DNA of 64,000 nt from Lama glama (lineage: Eukaryota): assembly GCA_028534125.1 (NCBI GenBank), contig CM052832.1:17362001-17426000 (forward strand), written 5' to 3'. Positions 11,351 through 24,700 of this stretch are shown in pieces. Below the pieces are notes generated by a model. The model saw only the letters and a program-made list of their open reading frames with translations, searched no databases and was not told where the DNA came from. Made by a program: the position numbers and the translations under genes. Positions within the stretch are counted from its first letter, which is position 1. Every line of letters begins with the position of its first letter.

Positions 11351-12939
11351 AGCTGAACTTGAACTTGTGAAATGAGAAAAATCTTCAATTATGATGAATG
11401 TACATTCACTATGAGCTTTCAACTTCCTTTACAGTTTAGGATTTATCCGAGAAATAGAAACGTAAATCCTTATAAATTAACTGAACCTTCTTTTTCAGGA
11501 AAGTCTGGAACTTCTGCTGAACTTGTGAGGCCTTCCTCTTACTCTGGGGTGCAACTGACCTTTCTCTCCCTTCCCTTCCCTCTGCTCTACCCTGCACGCT
11601 CCAGTGCACTGAGATGCAATGGTCCTAGAATCCCGGCACCGACTCCAGACTGGACAAGAGAGAACACCCTTGATCCATTCATTACAAGAAAGAACACTGA
11701 GCGTGCGCGCTGGACTCCCAAGAAGATGCTTGGCAAACCAGTGGAGCTCAGCGGGGAAGAAGTGAGCGAACCGTTGTAGACGTAGGGGGAAAAAGCAGCG
11801 TGTTAGTACAGACTAGAGAGGGGCAAGGTGAGTGGGATTTAGGAGCCTTGAGCGTGAAGGCTGGTTGTTGACGTAAGTTGGAGGAGTTGGCCGGTTCAGA
11901 GGGAGCAGAAGAGCGGGAGTGAAAATTCAGAGCTGCGCGGAGGGAATGTCGGCAGTGAGCCCAAATCCCCAGACCCCTTCTCCAGCAGTCTCCCGGAACT
12001 CCACATGCACGTATCTCCTCTCCGTCTACTTCACATAGGAGGTTTAAGGTTTGTCAGTAGACATCGATCCCAGGGATAAAGAACCACAGACTAGATTTCC
12101 ACACTAGATATCCAAACCCAATAAACCCAAGAACTTAAGATAAGTCAATAACCATCAAGGGCAAAATGATTAGATTGTGATATATTCATATAGTGAATCA
12201 CTACACAGCAGAAAAAAATATTGAATTACTGGTATAGAAAAGAATAAATCTTACAGACATAAAAAAAAAAAAAGCCAAACACAAAAAAGAGCTTACTGTA
12301 AGATTCTACTTACATGAAGTTCAAGTACAGGTGAAATTAATGGATGTTTCTAGCCATTTGGGACAGTGATTTCTTCTAAGGAACCTCTAGGGGTAGGTAT
12401 TGACAGGGAAGAGCATGAGGGAGCCCTCTGGGATGCTGAAAATAGTCTTCATTTTGATCTGGATGGTGGCTACCTACACACATGTCACAATTAATTAAGC
12501 TACACACCAAAAACTTGTATATTTTACATTGATAAATTTTAAATTACAATATAAGACAGTGTCTTATTCAATGTCAGGTGTTACACAGTGTAAGTTGCAA
12601 AGATATCAAAAGAAAGAGTAAATTATTGTATCGGGAAGACAGAGGAAGTTTTATGGGAGGCTGATTCTGGGGGGAGTGGGCCACCTGTAAGGAGAGCAGA
12701 GTCATCTGTTTGTTCACATTTTGCTCAGAAATGGAATAAAAATGGTACCAGCGCTCACAAAGGCATCATAATCTTCAGGCCCACATACCCTGTGTTTGTT
12801 CTTCAATAATTTCCCCCTTGCTGTTCAGGATGCCTTTCCTACCTTTGCTGGTACTCTTTTTCATAGTATCCTGTCTCTTCCTTCATTACACTTGTCTCAA
12901 TTAGTAACCACATATTGATTTGCTAAATAACATAATGCT

Positions 12940-13242
12940 AATCCTTTTTAAGGTTAAATAAGGTCATAAGGATAGGGCCCTAGTCCAGTAGGACCAGTGT
13001 CCGGACAGGAAGAGGAAGAGATACCAGGAATGAGTGTGCACAGAGGAAAGGCCATGTGAGAACACAGAGAGGAAGTGGCTATCTATAAGCCAAGGAGAGA
13101 GGCCTCAGGAGAAACCACCTCTGCTGACACCTTGACTTTGGACTTTCAGTCCCCAGAAAATAAACTGAAAAAATAAATTCCTGTTGTTTGAGCCACACAG
13201 CCTGGTGTTTAGTTCTGGTAGCTGGAGTAGACTAATAAAGAC
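12940..13242 (+). mobile_element. MLT1A-like MaLR LTR fragment
   Basis: aaggttaaataaggtcataagg...aagccaaggagagaggcctcaggagaaacc...ctgacaccttgactttggacttt...aataaattcctgttgttt. Confidence 0.75.
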
Positions 13243-13344
13243 ATCTTCCACAGTGGCTGAGGACCCCAAGAGCCCTCTAAGTGCAAAACACAAGGCTTTG
13301 TTTGACTGGAAAAAGACAAGACATGGCAGCTGTGATATGCGGAA

Positions 13345-13995
13345 ATTTTTTTTAACTTTTTATTCTGAGATTATTGTAGATTCACATACAGTTGCAGGAA
13401 ATAATAGAAACCCAGTATACTCTTCACCTAATCTCCTCCAGTGTTACCAACTTGCATAGCATAGTACAATATCACAAGTAGGAAATTGACATTGATAAAA
13501 TCCACCAACCGTATTCAGATTTCTCTTGCTTTTATATGCACTTGTGTGTGTGTATTGAGTTCTGTGCAGTTTTATCATATATATAGATAACACATGTGAT
13601 CAACACCAGAGTCAAAATACAGAACTGTTCCATCACAAAGATCCCTTCTATAGTCACAGACACCTCCTCATCCCCCTTCTTGCTAAACCATACACCACTA
13701 CTCTGTTCTCGATCTCTATAATTTTGTCATTTCCCAAATATTGTGAATGGAATCATACAGAATATAACCTTTTGAGACTGACTTTTGAGCATAATTCCCT
13801 TGAGATCCACCTAAGTTGTACGTTTCCATAGCTTATTCCTTTTCATTGTTGAAAAGTATTCCATGATATGGTTGTGTCACAATTTGTCTAACTACTCACT
13901 GCTGAAGGCTGTTTCTAGGTTTGGCTATTGTGAATAATGCTTCATGCTGATTTTGATGTGAACACAAGTTTTCATTTCTCTGGGATAAATACCTC
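13345..13995 (-). mobile_element. Old L1 3' end fragment
   Basis: T-rich start, tggaatcatacagaatataaccttttgagactg, agtattccatgatatgg. Same class as 4110-4975. Confidence 0.7.
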
Positions 13996-14918
13996 GTGAC
14001 GTATAGATTTGAGACTCAAAACTGCAGCAGCCATTTGGATATCTCATAAGGGAAACCTCTCCTGACCACTCAATATTAAATAACACCCCAGGCACTCTCC
14101 ATCCTCCATATCTTGATTATTTTTATTTGTGCATCTTTTGTACTATATATTTATTTCTTGGTTTCCTTTTGTCCTTATTTCCCTCTAGAAAGCAAATCCA
14201 GGAGGCCAGGAACTTTGTTTTGTTCCCTGCTGTATCCTGGAGCCTAGAATAGAGCCATAGTGTATACTCAATGCACACTTGAATGAATGAATGAATGAAT
14301 ACATCACAGACATCTTTCTATATTAGTATATATAGATCTAACTTATTCTTTTTGGTGGCTGCCTAGTATTCCATTGTATGCCTGAGTAGTATTTTTATTA
14401 ACTTGTCCCCTATGGAAGTATATTTATGTTGGTGCCAGCATTTCACAAATCCAAACAATGCTATAATGACAATCCTTATGTAATCAATCATCCTGTGCAG
14501 ATAGGAGAGAAGTAGATGGCTCAAAGAGTGTATATGCATTAAAAAAATGTGTTTTAGCTCTTACCAAGTTGCTCTCAACAACGTTCTCTGAATATACATT
14601 CCCACAGTGACCTGGAATACCCGTTCCTCATGTTCTCACCAATACTGAGTATAGTTAGGCTTTTTAATCTTTACTAACCTCATAAATTAAAAGCAGCATC
14701 CCATTATTTTATTAATAGTGAGTTAAACCTCTGTTCACACGTTCATTAACAATTTGTTTCTTTTCCCCTGTACCATCTGTCATAACCTTTGCTCCCCACT
14801 GCTCCCCTCCTCTCTTTGCTTTTTACTTACTGTGATAATATTTTATCTCTCAAGGATGTTCACCTCTTGCCTTATTTGCTAAAACTACCTTTTCCCAATT
14901 TCCTTTATCATTTGACGG

Positions 14919-15336
14919 TGATGAAAAAAATCATATTTTATAGCAAGATAAGAAAAATTTAAACATAAAATCTTTCTTTGCTTGTTTGGGCCTACTCCCT
15001 CCCCTTTAGTGTGTACTGTGTATCTGCATTAACCAGACCTCCTTAGGAGACAACATTCCTTCTTAATCTTGTGAGGGGCCATGATGACCCATGAGCCACT
15101 ACTTGCATTGTACAGGTAGATTTGGATTGTGTAAACTGTCAATAATACATCATTTAATGTATCATTTAATACATCATTAATTTAATTTCTGTCTCAAAAA
15201 CTTAAATAACTGTGCTTTGACCTCTAATGGGCAGAGAGCCTTCTAAAAAGTTGTTTCTGGGTTATAACCCTCAGTTTGGTTCTAATAAAATTTTCCATTT
15301 CTTTCTGAGATTGACTGATTAAGTTTTTTGTAGACA
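14919..15336 (+). mobile_element. Solo ERV LTR (family A in this window)
   Basis: TG...CA termini and AATAAA. Shares cattaaccagacct and ttagattgactg blocks with the copies at 45358-45860 and 51695-52056. Confidence 0.75.
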
Positions 15337-15674
15337 ACTGTTTGCGGGTACTTTTCTGTATAGATGTCATTTATTTTTAATTTTATACAATCAATTTATC
15401 CATTTGTGGCTTCTGGGTTTGGGGTCTTATTTAGAAAGACCTTTCAGACAACAGATTTTTTTTTTAGTAAGTTTTTTTTTCCAAAAAAGCTTTTGTGAAT
15501 TCATTTTTTTTTAATTTAAATCTTTCACTTATCTGGTATACATTTTGCTGTAAGAAGTAAGATGGGATCTCCCCCCCCAACCCAAACAGCTGACCAGCTG
15601 TTCCAGGATCAGTTATTGAATACGCAATAGTAACCTGCAGTTTCTCCATCTTCTATAAAATTCTTATTCAGATT

Positions 15675-16399
15675 GAAGCCAAGTCCCCCTAAAATCGAGT
15701 TCCTTTGTTGAGTTTATGATTAACCTCTCTATCTAAAACTTTAATTCCCTTTCTTGTCCCACACCTATGCCCCTCAAGATTGAAGAGTATCAAAGAAAAG
15801 GGGGGACTGAAATCAAGTAGGACCCTGCAGGGCACTCCCAGGCAGACAAAGTCTTTCTGAATCCCCTTTTTCTTGTTGGTAGAAAAAGGCTTCAGTTTCC
15901 TAGGCCTTCCTTTGCTTCCAAACAATTTCTAATTAGGACAAGAGGGAATGCAGAAACAAATGGAAAGCAGTCAAGAAACAACAGCACAGCAAGATAAAAC
16001 AGAATCCTAGTTCCTGCTCAAGGGATATACATAACAATCTGATATGTATCTTTGAGCTGTTCTGCTGGAAACAAGGCCCCCAAGCAGGTGGTGGATGGCA
16101 ACTACCAGCTGAGACTCCAGACTGGTCAGAGAACCAGGTTGATGCTTGAGCTTCCTGGATCACCACTCTGTTACCTCCCACCAACCAATCAGAAGAAAGT
16201 CATGCACCCTGCAGCCCTCACCCTAAATGTTGCCTTTAAACACTTCCCTGAAAACCATCAGGGAGTTCAGATCTTTTGAACATGAGCCACCGGTTCTCTT
16301 TGCTCGGCCCTGCAATAAACCTTATTCTGCTCCAAACTCTGACATTTTAGTTTGTTTGGCTTCACTATGCATCGGGCACAGGGATTGGGTTTGACATCA
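15675..16399 (+). mobile_element. ERV1 3' remnant: internal end, polypurine tract and LTR
   Basis: PPT aaagaaaaggggggac immediately before TGAAATC at 15808. Downstream: ccaatca, tttaaa and aataaa LTR motifs. Confidence 0.7.
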
Positions 16400-17367
16400 C
16401 TTGTTTGACAAAAAGATTTGAGCCTACTTCTCCTATTCTGTCCTATTGACCTATTGGCTTATTCTTACTTTAATTACTGTAGCCTTGTGCTTTTTCTGCC
16501 TCTTTTTTACTTTTATTTTCCCAGACTAACTTTAGTATCACTTGGTAAAGGCAGATAAAAGAAAAGATAGGGGAAGCAAAATATCATAAGCTTTATCAGG
16601 TCCTTCTCAGTTTGGTGCCTAGAAGAAGAATGGTCCAAGGAGAAAGGGGTCAACAGCGCCAAATGCCTCAGAAACATTAAGATAAAGGCTGAAAAATGTC
16701 CTCTGGATTTAGCCAATACTAGTAAAAATTACCGGCACCCTTACAGCAGATAGGGTGAGGGGGAACTTATTTTGAAATAGGGATTTACTTTAAAATAAAA
16801 CATTTTATTAATAAAAATAGTATTTATTAGTTAGGTTTAGTTTCTGTTGCATATGCAGACAATCTAAATAAGTGGCCAAAACAAGACAGTTGCTTTAGTC
16901 TCTCTCAAAGATATGACTAGGTGTGGGCACTCTGTAGTGAATAAGGACCCAGGCTTCTTTACCTTTTATTACACCATCTTAGTGATGGCTTCCATCTTCA
17001 AGACTGCCTCATGGTCCAGGACAGCTGCTCAAGCTCCTACCATCATGTGCACATTCCAGGCTGAAAGAATTAGGAAGAGGGGAGGTTAAAAGGGTGTACT
17101 TTCCAACTGAGTAGGCTTCTTTTAAGAAGCTATCTCAGAATGCCCACCCTAAAATTTCCACATAGATATCACTAGCCACCCACAATCTCAGGGCCATGTT
17201 GAAGTGTGAAAGAAGTGCTGAGTGAGTTGGCGTTCCTAAGCATGTCCATAACCAGCTAGACAAGATTTTGTATTGCAGCACTGCACTCATGAATTTACCA
17301 CAGTATTGGCAGCAAAGGGGCCTGGGAAGTATCTCTTAGCTGGGCATATTGCTACCTGGAATAAAAC

Positions 17368-17848
17368 TGTGAACGAAAAATACAGCAAACCGTATCAGTA
17401 AACAAAGAATGCTGAAACCATAAAGTCATCAGTGGCTGCTGCCACCCCCCAGTGAAGACAAGCCTGCAGCCCAGCCTCTGCAGCCACTCACAATGGTACA
17501 CTCTGAGGGGAAATAGAATAATAAAGGACAAGATACTGGCCTTAGATAGCTAGATGCTTGTCAAAGGAATGAATTCAATGAGCCCAAATGTTTGCTTCCT
17601 CCCATACATAGAAAAGCACTAAATTGTTTAACTTGAGATGCCTGGTTTTCTTTAGATAACAAGTAATCCTTTATTGTTCCAACTGCCTGGTCTTCATTAT
17701 AAAGCCCCTATATCTACTACTTCCTCTCCCCTACCTCTTCAGAGTAGTCCCTCAGAGTGATCTGAGAGGCTGTCATCCTGGCTCAAGTCCTCCCGCCAAA
17801 TAAAACATAACTCTCAACTTTGAGGCTGCACATTTATTTCAGTCGACA
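17368..17848 (+). mobile_element. Solo ERV LTR
   Basis: TGTGAA...GTCGACA with 4-bp TSD AAAC on both sides. AATAAA near the 3' end. Confidence 0.8.
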
Positions 17849-17974
17849 AAACTTTAAAGAAGGAGTGGAGATTGGCTATAAAATAGTCAACAACAGTCCC
17901 TTCCATGTTGTGTTAAGACTGAAAGCATATATGAAAATAAACAGCTGTACCAGAAGTCCCTAACTAAAGGTTAG

Positions 17975-18435
17975 TGTTGCCGAAAAACAAGCCTCTGTAC
18001 CCCAATAGCCAAATTGAGATTCAGAGGCAGAGTTTGGGGAGGATAGAAAAGAACAACTTTACTGCTTTGCCAGGCAAAGGGAGTCATAGCAAGCAAATGC
18101 CTTACAGACTGTGAGCTCATCTTGGGGCTGGGTCTTGAAATTTTATAGAAAAACTGGATGGAACAGAAAAGGTGATAACAATCAGGGCGTTTTACAGGGT
18201 GTTACACTCTCTTTATTTTGATAATAACTTGCTATTGTTATGGAAGAACTTAGGAGGATTTGCCCATTTTCTTGAGGTTCAGTCCATGACCTTTCAAGAC
18301 CTCTAGGGTAAAAAGGTAAGTTACTCTAAGAAAAGAGGGCACAGGGAGGGGAGTGTGTTAGTCATAAGATCAGTTTAGCTAGAAATACAGGCCTGAACAA
18401 CTCAAGAGCCATCTTGTTAGTTTTCTACTCTTTCA
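17975..18435 (-). mobile_element. Solo ERV LTR
   Basis: TGTTG...TTTCA flanked by TTAG TSD. Confidence 0.7.
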
Positions 18436-20299
18436 TTAGGAGGTCAATTTCATCTTGCAGAGATGATTTTTTATAATTTTTAGTTAGCTTGAGCAGCTGT
18501 CCTGGACCATGAAGCATTGACTTGAAAGTTAATAAATTCCACATAAACCTACAGATTTCTACCTTCTTTTGAAAGTCAAAAATTTGACAATATTCTGGGC
18601 TTACATTCTCAATGGTTACTTTAGCTAGAGATGATAAGGAGCTGCTTCACAGGAAAGACATCCGATCTCCAATTAGTCACTGTCCTCATCTTTCCCTATG
18701 GTGACCCTGGTCTGGCTGGCTCAATTAAATTACCTTTTTGTCTCCAACAGGTATTGGTATTTGCACCTGTCATTTTACAAATGAATAACTGTTATAAAGC
18801 TAAGAAGTATGCATAAAATGTAACAGTGGAATCACTAGGTTAATTATTAATTCAATAATTCAACAAGTATTGAAATACTTTCAATATGATTAAAGCTATG
18901 TGCAAGGCATAATGAAGATCAGAGGAGGTCTGGAGAGGAGTCTCTACCCTTAAGGAGTTACTAAAGTATCTGATTTCAGTTTCTTTATTTACAAATAAAG
19001 TGTTGGACTATGTGACAGCACAAATTATTTCCTATTCAAAAAGTATGCTCGGATTTAGAAACTTGATAGAGTCTAAGACAGGTAAAAATAGTACACAAGG
19101 GAAAGTCAAAGAAAATCTAGATAGAAAATAACCAAGTACCAGAATTTGAGGTTCTGTATGAATACGGGAGGCCCACTGGAAAGGTGAGAGATCAGTGTGG
19201 CTTCTTTAGGTTAAGCTCCAAGGAAGAGGTAGAATTCATGAGTAGTCCTTGTAGAGGATTGTCAATGCTGAGTCAGAGGCTGGGCTGGCAGCACTGAAAA
19301 AGGACTGAAATGTCAGCCTATGCTGGAGGCCAGAAGTGCTCAGACTGGACCCCAGGCCCAAGGGTTTGTTTCAACAATGTCCTGTTGGCAAAAAGGAAGC
19401 TTTGAAGATTTCTGAGAAGTGACAGAATGAAAGTACTTTAGGGGATTTTTAAGGACAGTTCTCTCCCTTAAAGTGTTATGTAAATAGGTTAGAGGAAAAG
19501 ACGGGAAATAGGGAAACTGGTGGAATTGGTTACATTCAGCTGCTAGTTAATTCATTTAAAAAATATTTGCAAACTATCTTACCAAAACATTTCTATGTTA
19601 AATTGCCTTCAAATACCTAGGTTCTGAAATGCTTTGAACCGATATTAATATCTTACTCACTGTACCTTCCCTTATTATCATCCCTCTTAATAAGTTAAAT
19701 AAAAATTTTGGCACATGTTTAAAAAAATTTGCAAACTGACATTCTTGAAATAATTTGGGTCAAAGAGTGGCAATGGAAATTAAAATGAACAGAAGCAAGT
19801 TGAGAGCTAAAGCAAAGCAAGGCTGTCCAAATTCAATTTAATCTATAGAGAATGAAGGACAATACTGAGGAAATAGCAAAGGAAAACAGGAAATTCAGAG
19901 GTAGGGATGAGGGAGCAACGCAAATATTTGTCACCCACAGGATCATCAATCTCCCTCTACTTCAGGAAGGAGCAAGCGGGTTTAGGCTCTATTCAATCCT
20001 CTGTGCAGTGGGTCTTTTACTCTTTTAATGGATAAACATCCCTTTCCATTACATAACCACTTTTATCGTTAAAAAACTAGATGTAATGAAGCCTCCCTCC
20101 TCGCTACGGTAGAATTATTCTCATTTCACCTCAGAGGAAACTGAAGCTCGCTCGGAGTGATAAACCAATTTGCTTAGGCACAGTAGGAAGTAGCAGAATT
20201 GGGCTCGTCTTTTTCTGTCACAGAAATGTTGCCACCTGATAATTAAGCCTTTCTTTTTGGAAACGAAATTGCGAGTGCCTGTAAATGGGGTTGTTTGAT

Positions 20300-21700
20300 A
20301 AAGCTCCTCACAGACTGGGTGGGGCTCTGTCCGCTACCCTCATCCCTTCGGCCTCCCGGGGAGGCCAGATGGCTCTTCTTCCCACACCAACACAAAGCTA
20401 GCTTTCTCTCGCCGGAGCTGAGGCCTGGGCACCAGACAGGAAACCCAACAAAAGACCAGGGGGCCAGGCCCAGGGCCTCGGAAGCTCGGCGTTGGGCCCG
20501 GAGCCTGCAGGCAGGAGACCCTGTCCCCGCCGAGCCCGCGGACACCGCCTGCCTCGGTGACCGGTCCCCGAGGTTCCCCTCTTGCGCTTGCTACCCAAAG
20601 GCGGGGGCGACGCCTCCCAGCACCTCTGTGGAGAGAACGGTGCAGGCCCGAGGCCAGCACCAAGCCCCGCCCCCTGAGCCGCCCCTTCCGCTCGCGCCGG
20701 GGCGGGGTCTGCACGGCCGCCGGGATCCGCTCGGACGCGGCCACGTTGTCTTGTGCGTTACGAGCGCGCGGCGCCGCGAGTCCTAGCGGCGGCATCCCGT
20801 TCGTGGTCCCCTCGCGTAGCCGCTGGGCTCTGTGGGGCTGCAGGACCCCCGCGCTCACTCAGCCGGGCGCAGCGGCGCAGGGAGCGGCCCGGCCACACTG
20901 CGGTTGCAGCGCGCGGGCGCGTCTGGGATCAGGGCCCGGGAGGCGCCGCCCTCCGTCAGTCCGGCTCGCCTCCCCGAGCCGCCCAGAAGCAGCGAACGGG
21001 AGGGAGCGCGGTAGAGTTGGGCTCCGTGAAGGGCTAGGCGCCGGGGCTCATGCCCGTGCGCCCCCGCGGGCCCGCGCCATGGCCTCCGGGAGCGTGGCCG
21101 AGTGCTTACAGCAGGAGACCACCTGCCCCGTGTGCCTGCAGTACTTTGTCGAGCCCATGATGCTCGACTGTGGCCACAACATCTGTTGCGCCTGCCTTGC
21201 CCGTTGCTGGGGCGCGGCGGAGACCAACGTGTCGTGCCCGCAGTGCCGGGAGACCTTCCCGCAGAGGCACATGCGGCCCAACCGGCACTTGGCCAACGTG
21301 ACCCAGCTGGTGAAGCAGTTGCGCACTGAGCGGCCGTCGGGGCCCGGAGGCGAGATGGGCGTGTGCGAGAAACACCGCGAGCCCCTGAAGCTGTACTGCG
21401 AGGAGGACCAGATGCCCATTTGCGTGGTGTGCGACCGCTCCCGCGAGCACCGCGGCCACAGCGTGCTGCCGCTGGAGGAGGCGGTGGAAGGCTTCAAGGT
21501 GAGGGCCGGGCGCGCGGAGCCGGGAGGGGCTGGAGCGCGAGTCGGACAAAGGGAGGAGAGACCCAGAGGGGCTTCCTTTTTTCCGCCTAGAAAATGGCTG
21601 AGCCGGACGTGTGGTTCACAGCCGTCATTTCCTCTCTGTCCGCTCCAGAGCCTCGGCACTCAGGTTTGGGAGGAAAACCTGTAGCTGGTGAGGAAGCCAG
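20300..21700 (+). promoter_or_regulatory. TRIM27 CpG-island promoter / exon 1
   Basis: Very GC- and CpG-rich stretch with GC boxes (ggggcgggg, gccccgccccc) around the TRIM27 start codon. Confidence 0.85.
21079..21498 (+). CDS. TRIM27: TRIM27 coding exon 1 (RING + B-box)
   Basis: gccATGG Kozak context; CPVC...CGHNICCAC...CPQC and CEKH...CVVC...HRGH; donor AAG|gtgagg. Confidence 0.98.
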
Positions 21701-24700
21701 AAGTCTCCCCACCCCCACTCTCTTTATGTGCCCCTCCGTTTACCCACTCACGGGCACGTTATACATAAAGACGGCCCATGGAGACACCCCCTTGACTGTA
21801 TAAAAGATGCGCGTAAAACCATGTACACATCGGCAAGCTTCAGAGACGCCCGTACTCCTGCTGGCTTCTAGATGATCTCAGACAAAACACAGCCGGACAT
21901 TAACTGGCTGTATATACATGAAGCAGATGCCCATCACCTAATTCTTCCCCAATCACTTCCCTGTGCTCCATCCTCTTCTAGAAGCTCACGGAAAAGAACG
22001 AGCTCCTTACTGCTTAAGTCAGTTAACCACCATGAGACTCATAGGAGATAACATGGTTATGAAGATTGAGTGAAATAAAATGACGCGTGGATCCCTTTGT
22101 GAACTCTTGAAACAACAGACTGGCCCAGCCAAACAATAACATGGAAACAAAGTATTAAATCTAAAACAGTTGTAAGGAAACATTCAAGGAGTGCATGATC
22201 TGTGTGTTTGAGGACTGCAGGAATATGTACACAATTAAGTACACGTTTAAATGTGAGTACATTCATGCAAAATTAATTCACTTAACATTTATGGTGCTTT
22301 CAGATATATTATTTTACTCACTGGTGATAACCCTCTAGTAGGTTGGGAAGGTGGTGTTTGCCCGTGTCACACCTGAGGAAAATACGAAGTTAAGTCATTT
22401 TCTCAGGATGCTTCTGTGAAAGACTGACAACTTAAAGCCTCCTAATCCAGTCACCTTCCACTAAGCCATGCAATACCCTTCCAAGGACAGGTAGTTGATC
22501 CATCATTTGAGATACAAACTACCTAAGGAGAGGTATGGTGACCTTTGTGCCCTGGTGATGGCGGTGCGGTCCAAGGACAGGCTTTTCAACAGGAACTTGG
22601 CATCAGAAATGTGGGTTGCATATGTGATAAGGAGAATAGTCATGTTGATGCTAAGGTCTGCATAATCTTGAACTCCCCCAACTGTTTTTGGTTTTCTCAG
22701 GAGCAAATCCAGAACCAGCTGGACCACCTGAAAAGAGTGAAAGATTTAAAGAAGAGGCGTCGGGCACAGGGGGAGCAGGCACGAGCTGAGCTGTTGGTAA
22801 GATTCTTTGGAACTCACAGATAATATCAGTTTTGCTGGTAGCTCCCTTATTTTGTAAGGCTGATGTTATTTCCCTTAACCATGTGCAGTCAGGTCACCCA
22901 GAACTTCTAGGTGTGGGTGGAAGAACCCTACATGTCAGTTGGGAACTCGCCTGGAGAACCAAGGGATTCCCACATTTGGGGGAAAAGACTCGAATAAGTT
23001 TAGAATCCCTAGAGATAGGAGCTATCAAAAGTTTAACTGCTAGCTTTGTGTAGATCAGGGTTGATCCTTGACAAAGCTGATACAGGTGAAATTCTTGGGC
23101 ACAGTTAACCTCCTTTGATACCATTCTGCTGACAGACGCTGTCAGTGGCTTTCCATGAGCCCCATTGTTGCTTCTTGCTAGAATGTTCCCTTTCTTGGCC
23201 GTGCTTCAATTCTGAACTTTTTCTTTGTTCTCTTCCCCAAGCCCTAAGTCTCCCAAGGCCTTGGCCAAGTGGCTAATGTGCTAATTTGTGATAGGGATAT
23301 TTGAGGGGTTTGTTCTGAAAAAACAAAACAAAAAATACAGACTTTTAAATACATCCTTACAGATCTACCATCTAGGTATTTAAGCATTTTTTTAAAATAA
23401 TAAATAAAATATTAAAAATTTCCACCCATTAGAGGTATTTGCATCTGAAAAGCAAACTCATCGATTAGTAGTGTCTTGTGAGAAAATTTTGTCAGTCCTG
23501 GCCAGGGTAGTAAAGAACTTTTGGACAAGGAACTTATTCCCATGATGCCATCAGATCCTATCACTTGTTCTGCCCACAAGATTCACCAAGACCTCAGCTC
23601 CCCTTGCTTAAAAATAGGTCTGATGGACGGAGAATCTTCTAGTGAGCTTGAGTGGACTCAAATCATTGTGTGAGAGGACACAACTGTGTCCTCTGGGAAG
23701 ATTGTCAAAGGGGAGAGACAACCCTTCTCAGAGGAAGAAGGGCCCTGGACCTACTTCTTGGCTCTGACACTAGCCAATTGAATAGATGGAGAGAGGAAGA
23801 CAGCCTCTCTGGGCCTCAGTTTCCTCATCTGTAAAATGGGTAGGTTGGAGTAGACTTTTAGTTCTTTAGCAAGGCTAGTACTGCCGTCTGGTCCCCTCCG
23901 GTGGTGTGGGTGTTTGGGTGTCACCTAAGGAATGGAGTGATTGGGGAGGGGTGACAGGGATTCTAAATGTCCTGCAGTGCAAAAATCAGCCCCATTCCAG
24001 GCAGAATTGTCCCCCAGCCAGGGTGCCAATATCACCCTCTTTGAGAAGCACTCTCTTTCAGCTTTAATTTTCCATTTCTAAAACTGTTTATGCGTTGAAA
24101 GACTTGTCCAGTTAAGGAGAGGTATGAGCTCATCAAAAGAATTTATAAACAATGGTGTGTGTGCAACACTGTTGCACAGTGAATGCTTAAGAAGACTGGC
24201 CAGAGGAATGGTTGTGGGGGTATGTTCTCAGGAGGAGTAGAGTTTAGAACAGGTGCCAGTCAGCTTTCTGTAAAGGACCACATAGTAAATCTTTTTGGCA
24301 TAGTAGGCCTTATCTTTATCACAACTGCTCAATTCTGCTGTAGTGGCTCAAAAGTAGCTAAAGACAATATGTATATGATGGGTGTGGCTGTGTCCCAGTA
24401 AAACTTTACTCCAAGAGATTAAACAAAGGAAGTTTGCTGGCCCTTTGTTTAGAGCAAAGCTTTAATAGAGCCTCATTAGTGGGAGATGGGGGGAGATCTG
24501 TACCAACAGAGCATCACATTCAAAGCCAGTGAGACGGGGTTGGTGATACACACCCTTGAAGGCCAGACAGAGGGAATGGATTGCATGTGAAGGGTTTAAG
24601 GGAACCTGTCAAGGTTATTATGTGAGGATTATTGTAGAAATGATGCATGTTCCAAGTCGTCCTCCACAGGGCACACATCCGACCATGTCACTTTTTTGAC

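Noticed and set aside
20557..21078. 174-codon in-frame N-terminal extension of TRIM27 from a GTG
   Set aside because: Stop-free frames are expected in a CpG island; low-complexity R/G/A/P content, and the ATG at 21079 already gives the known 513-aa protein.
21048..21659. 203-aa antisense ORF over TRIM27 exon 1
   Set aside because: Shadow frame of a GC-rich coding exon.
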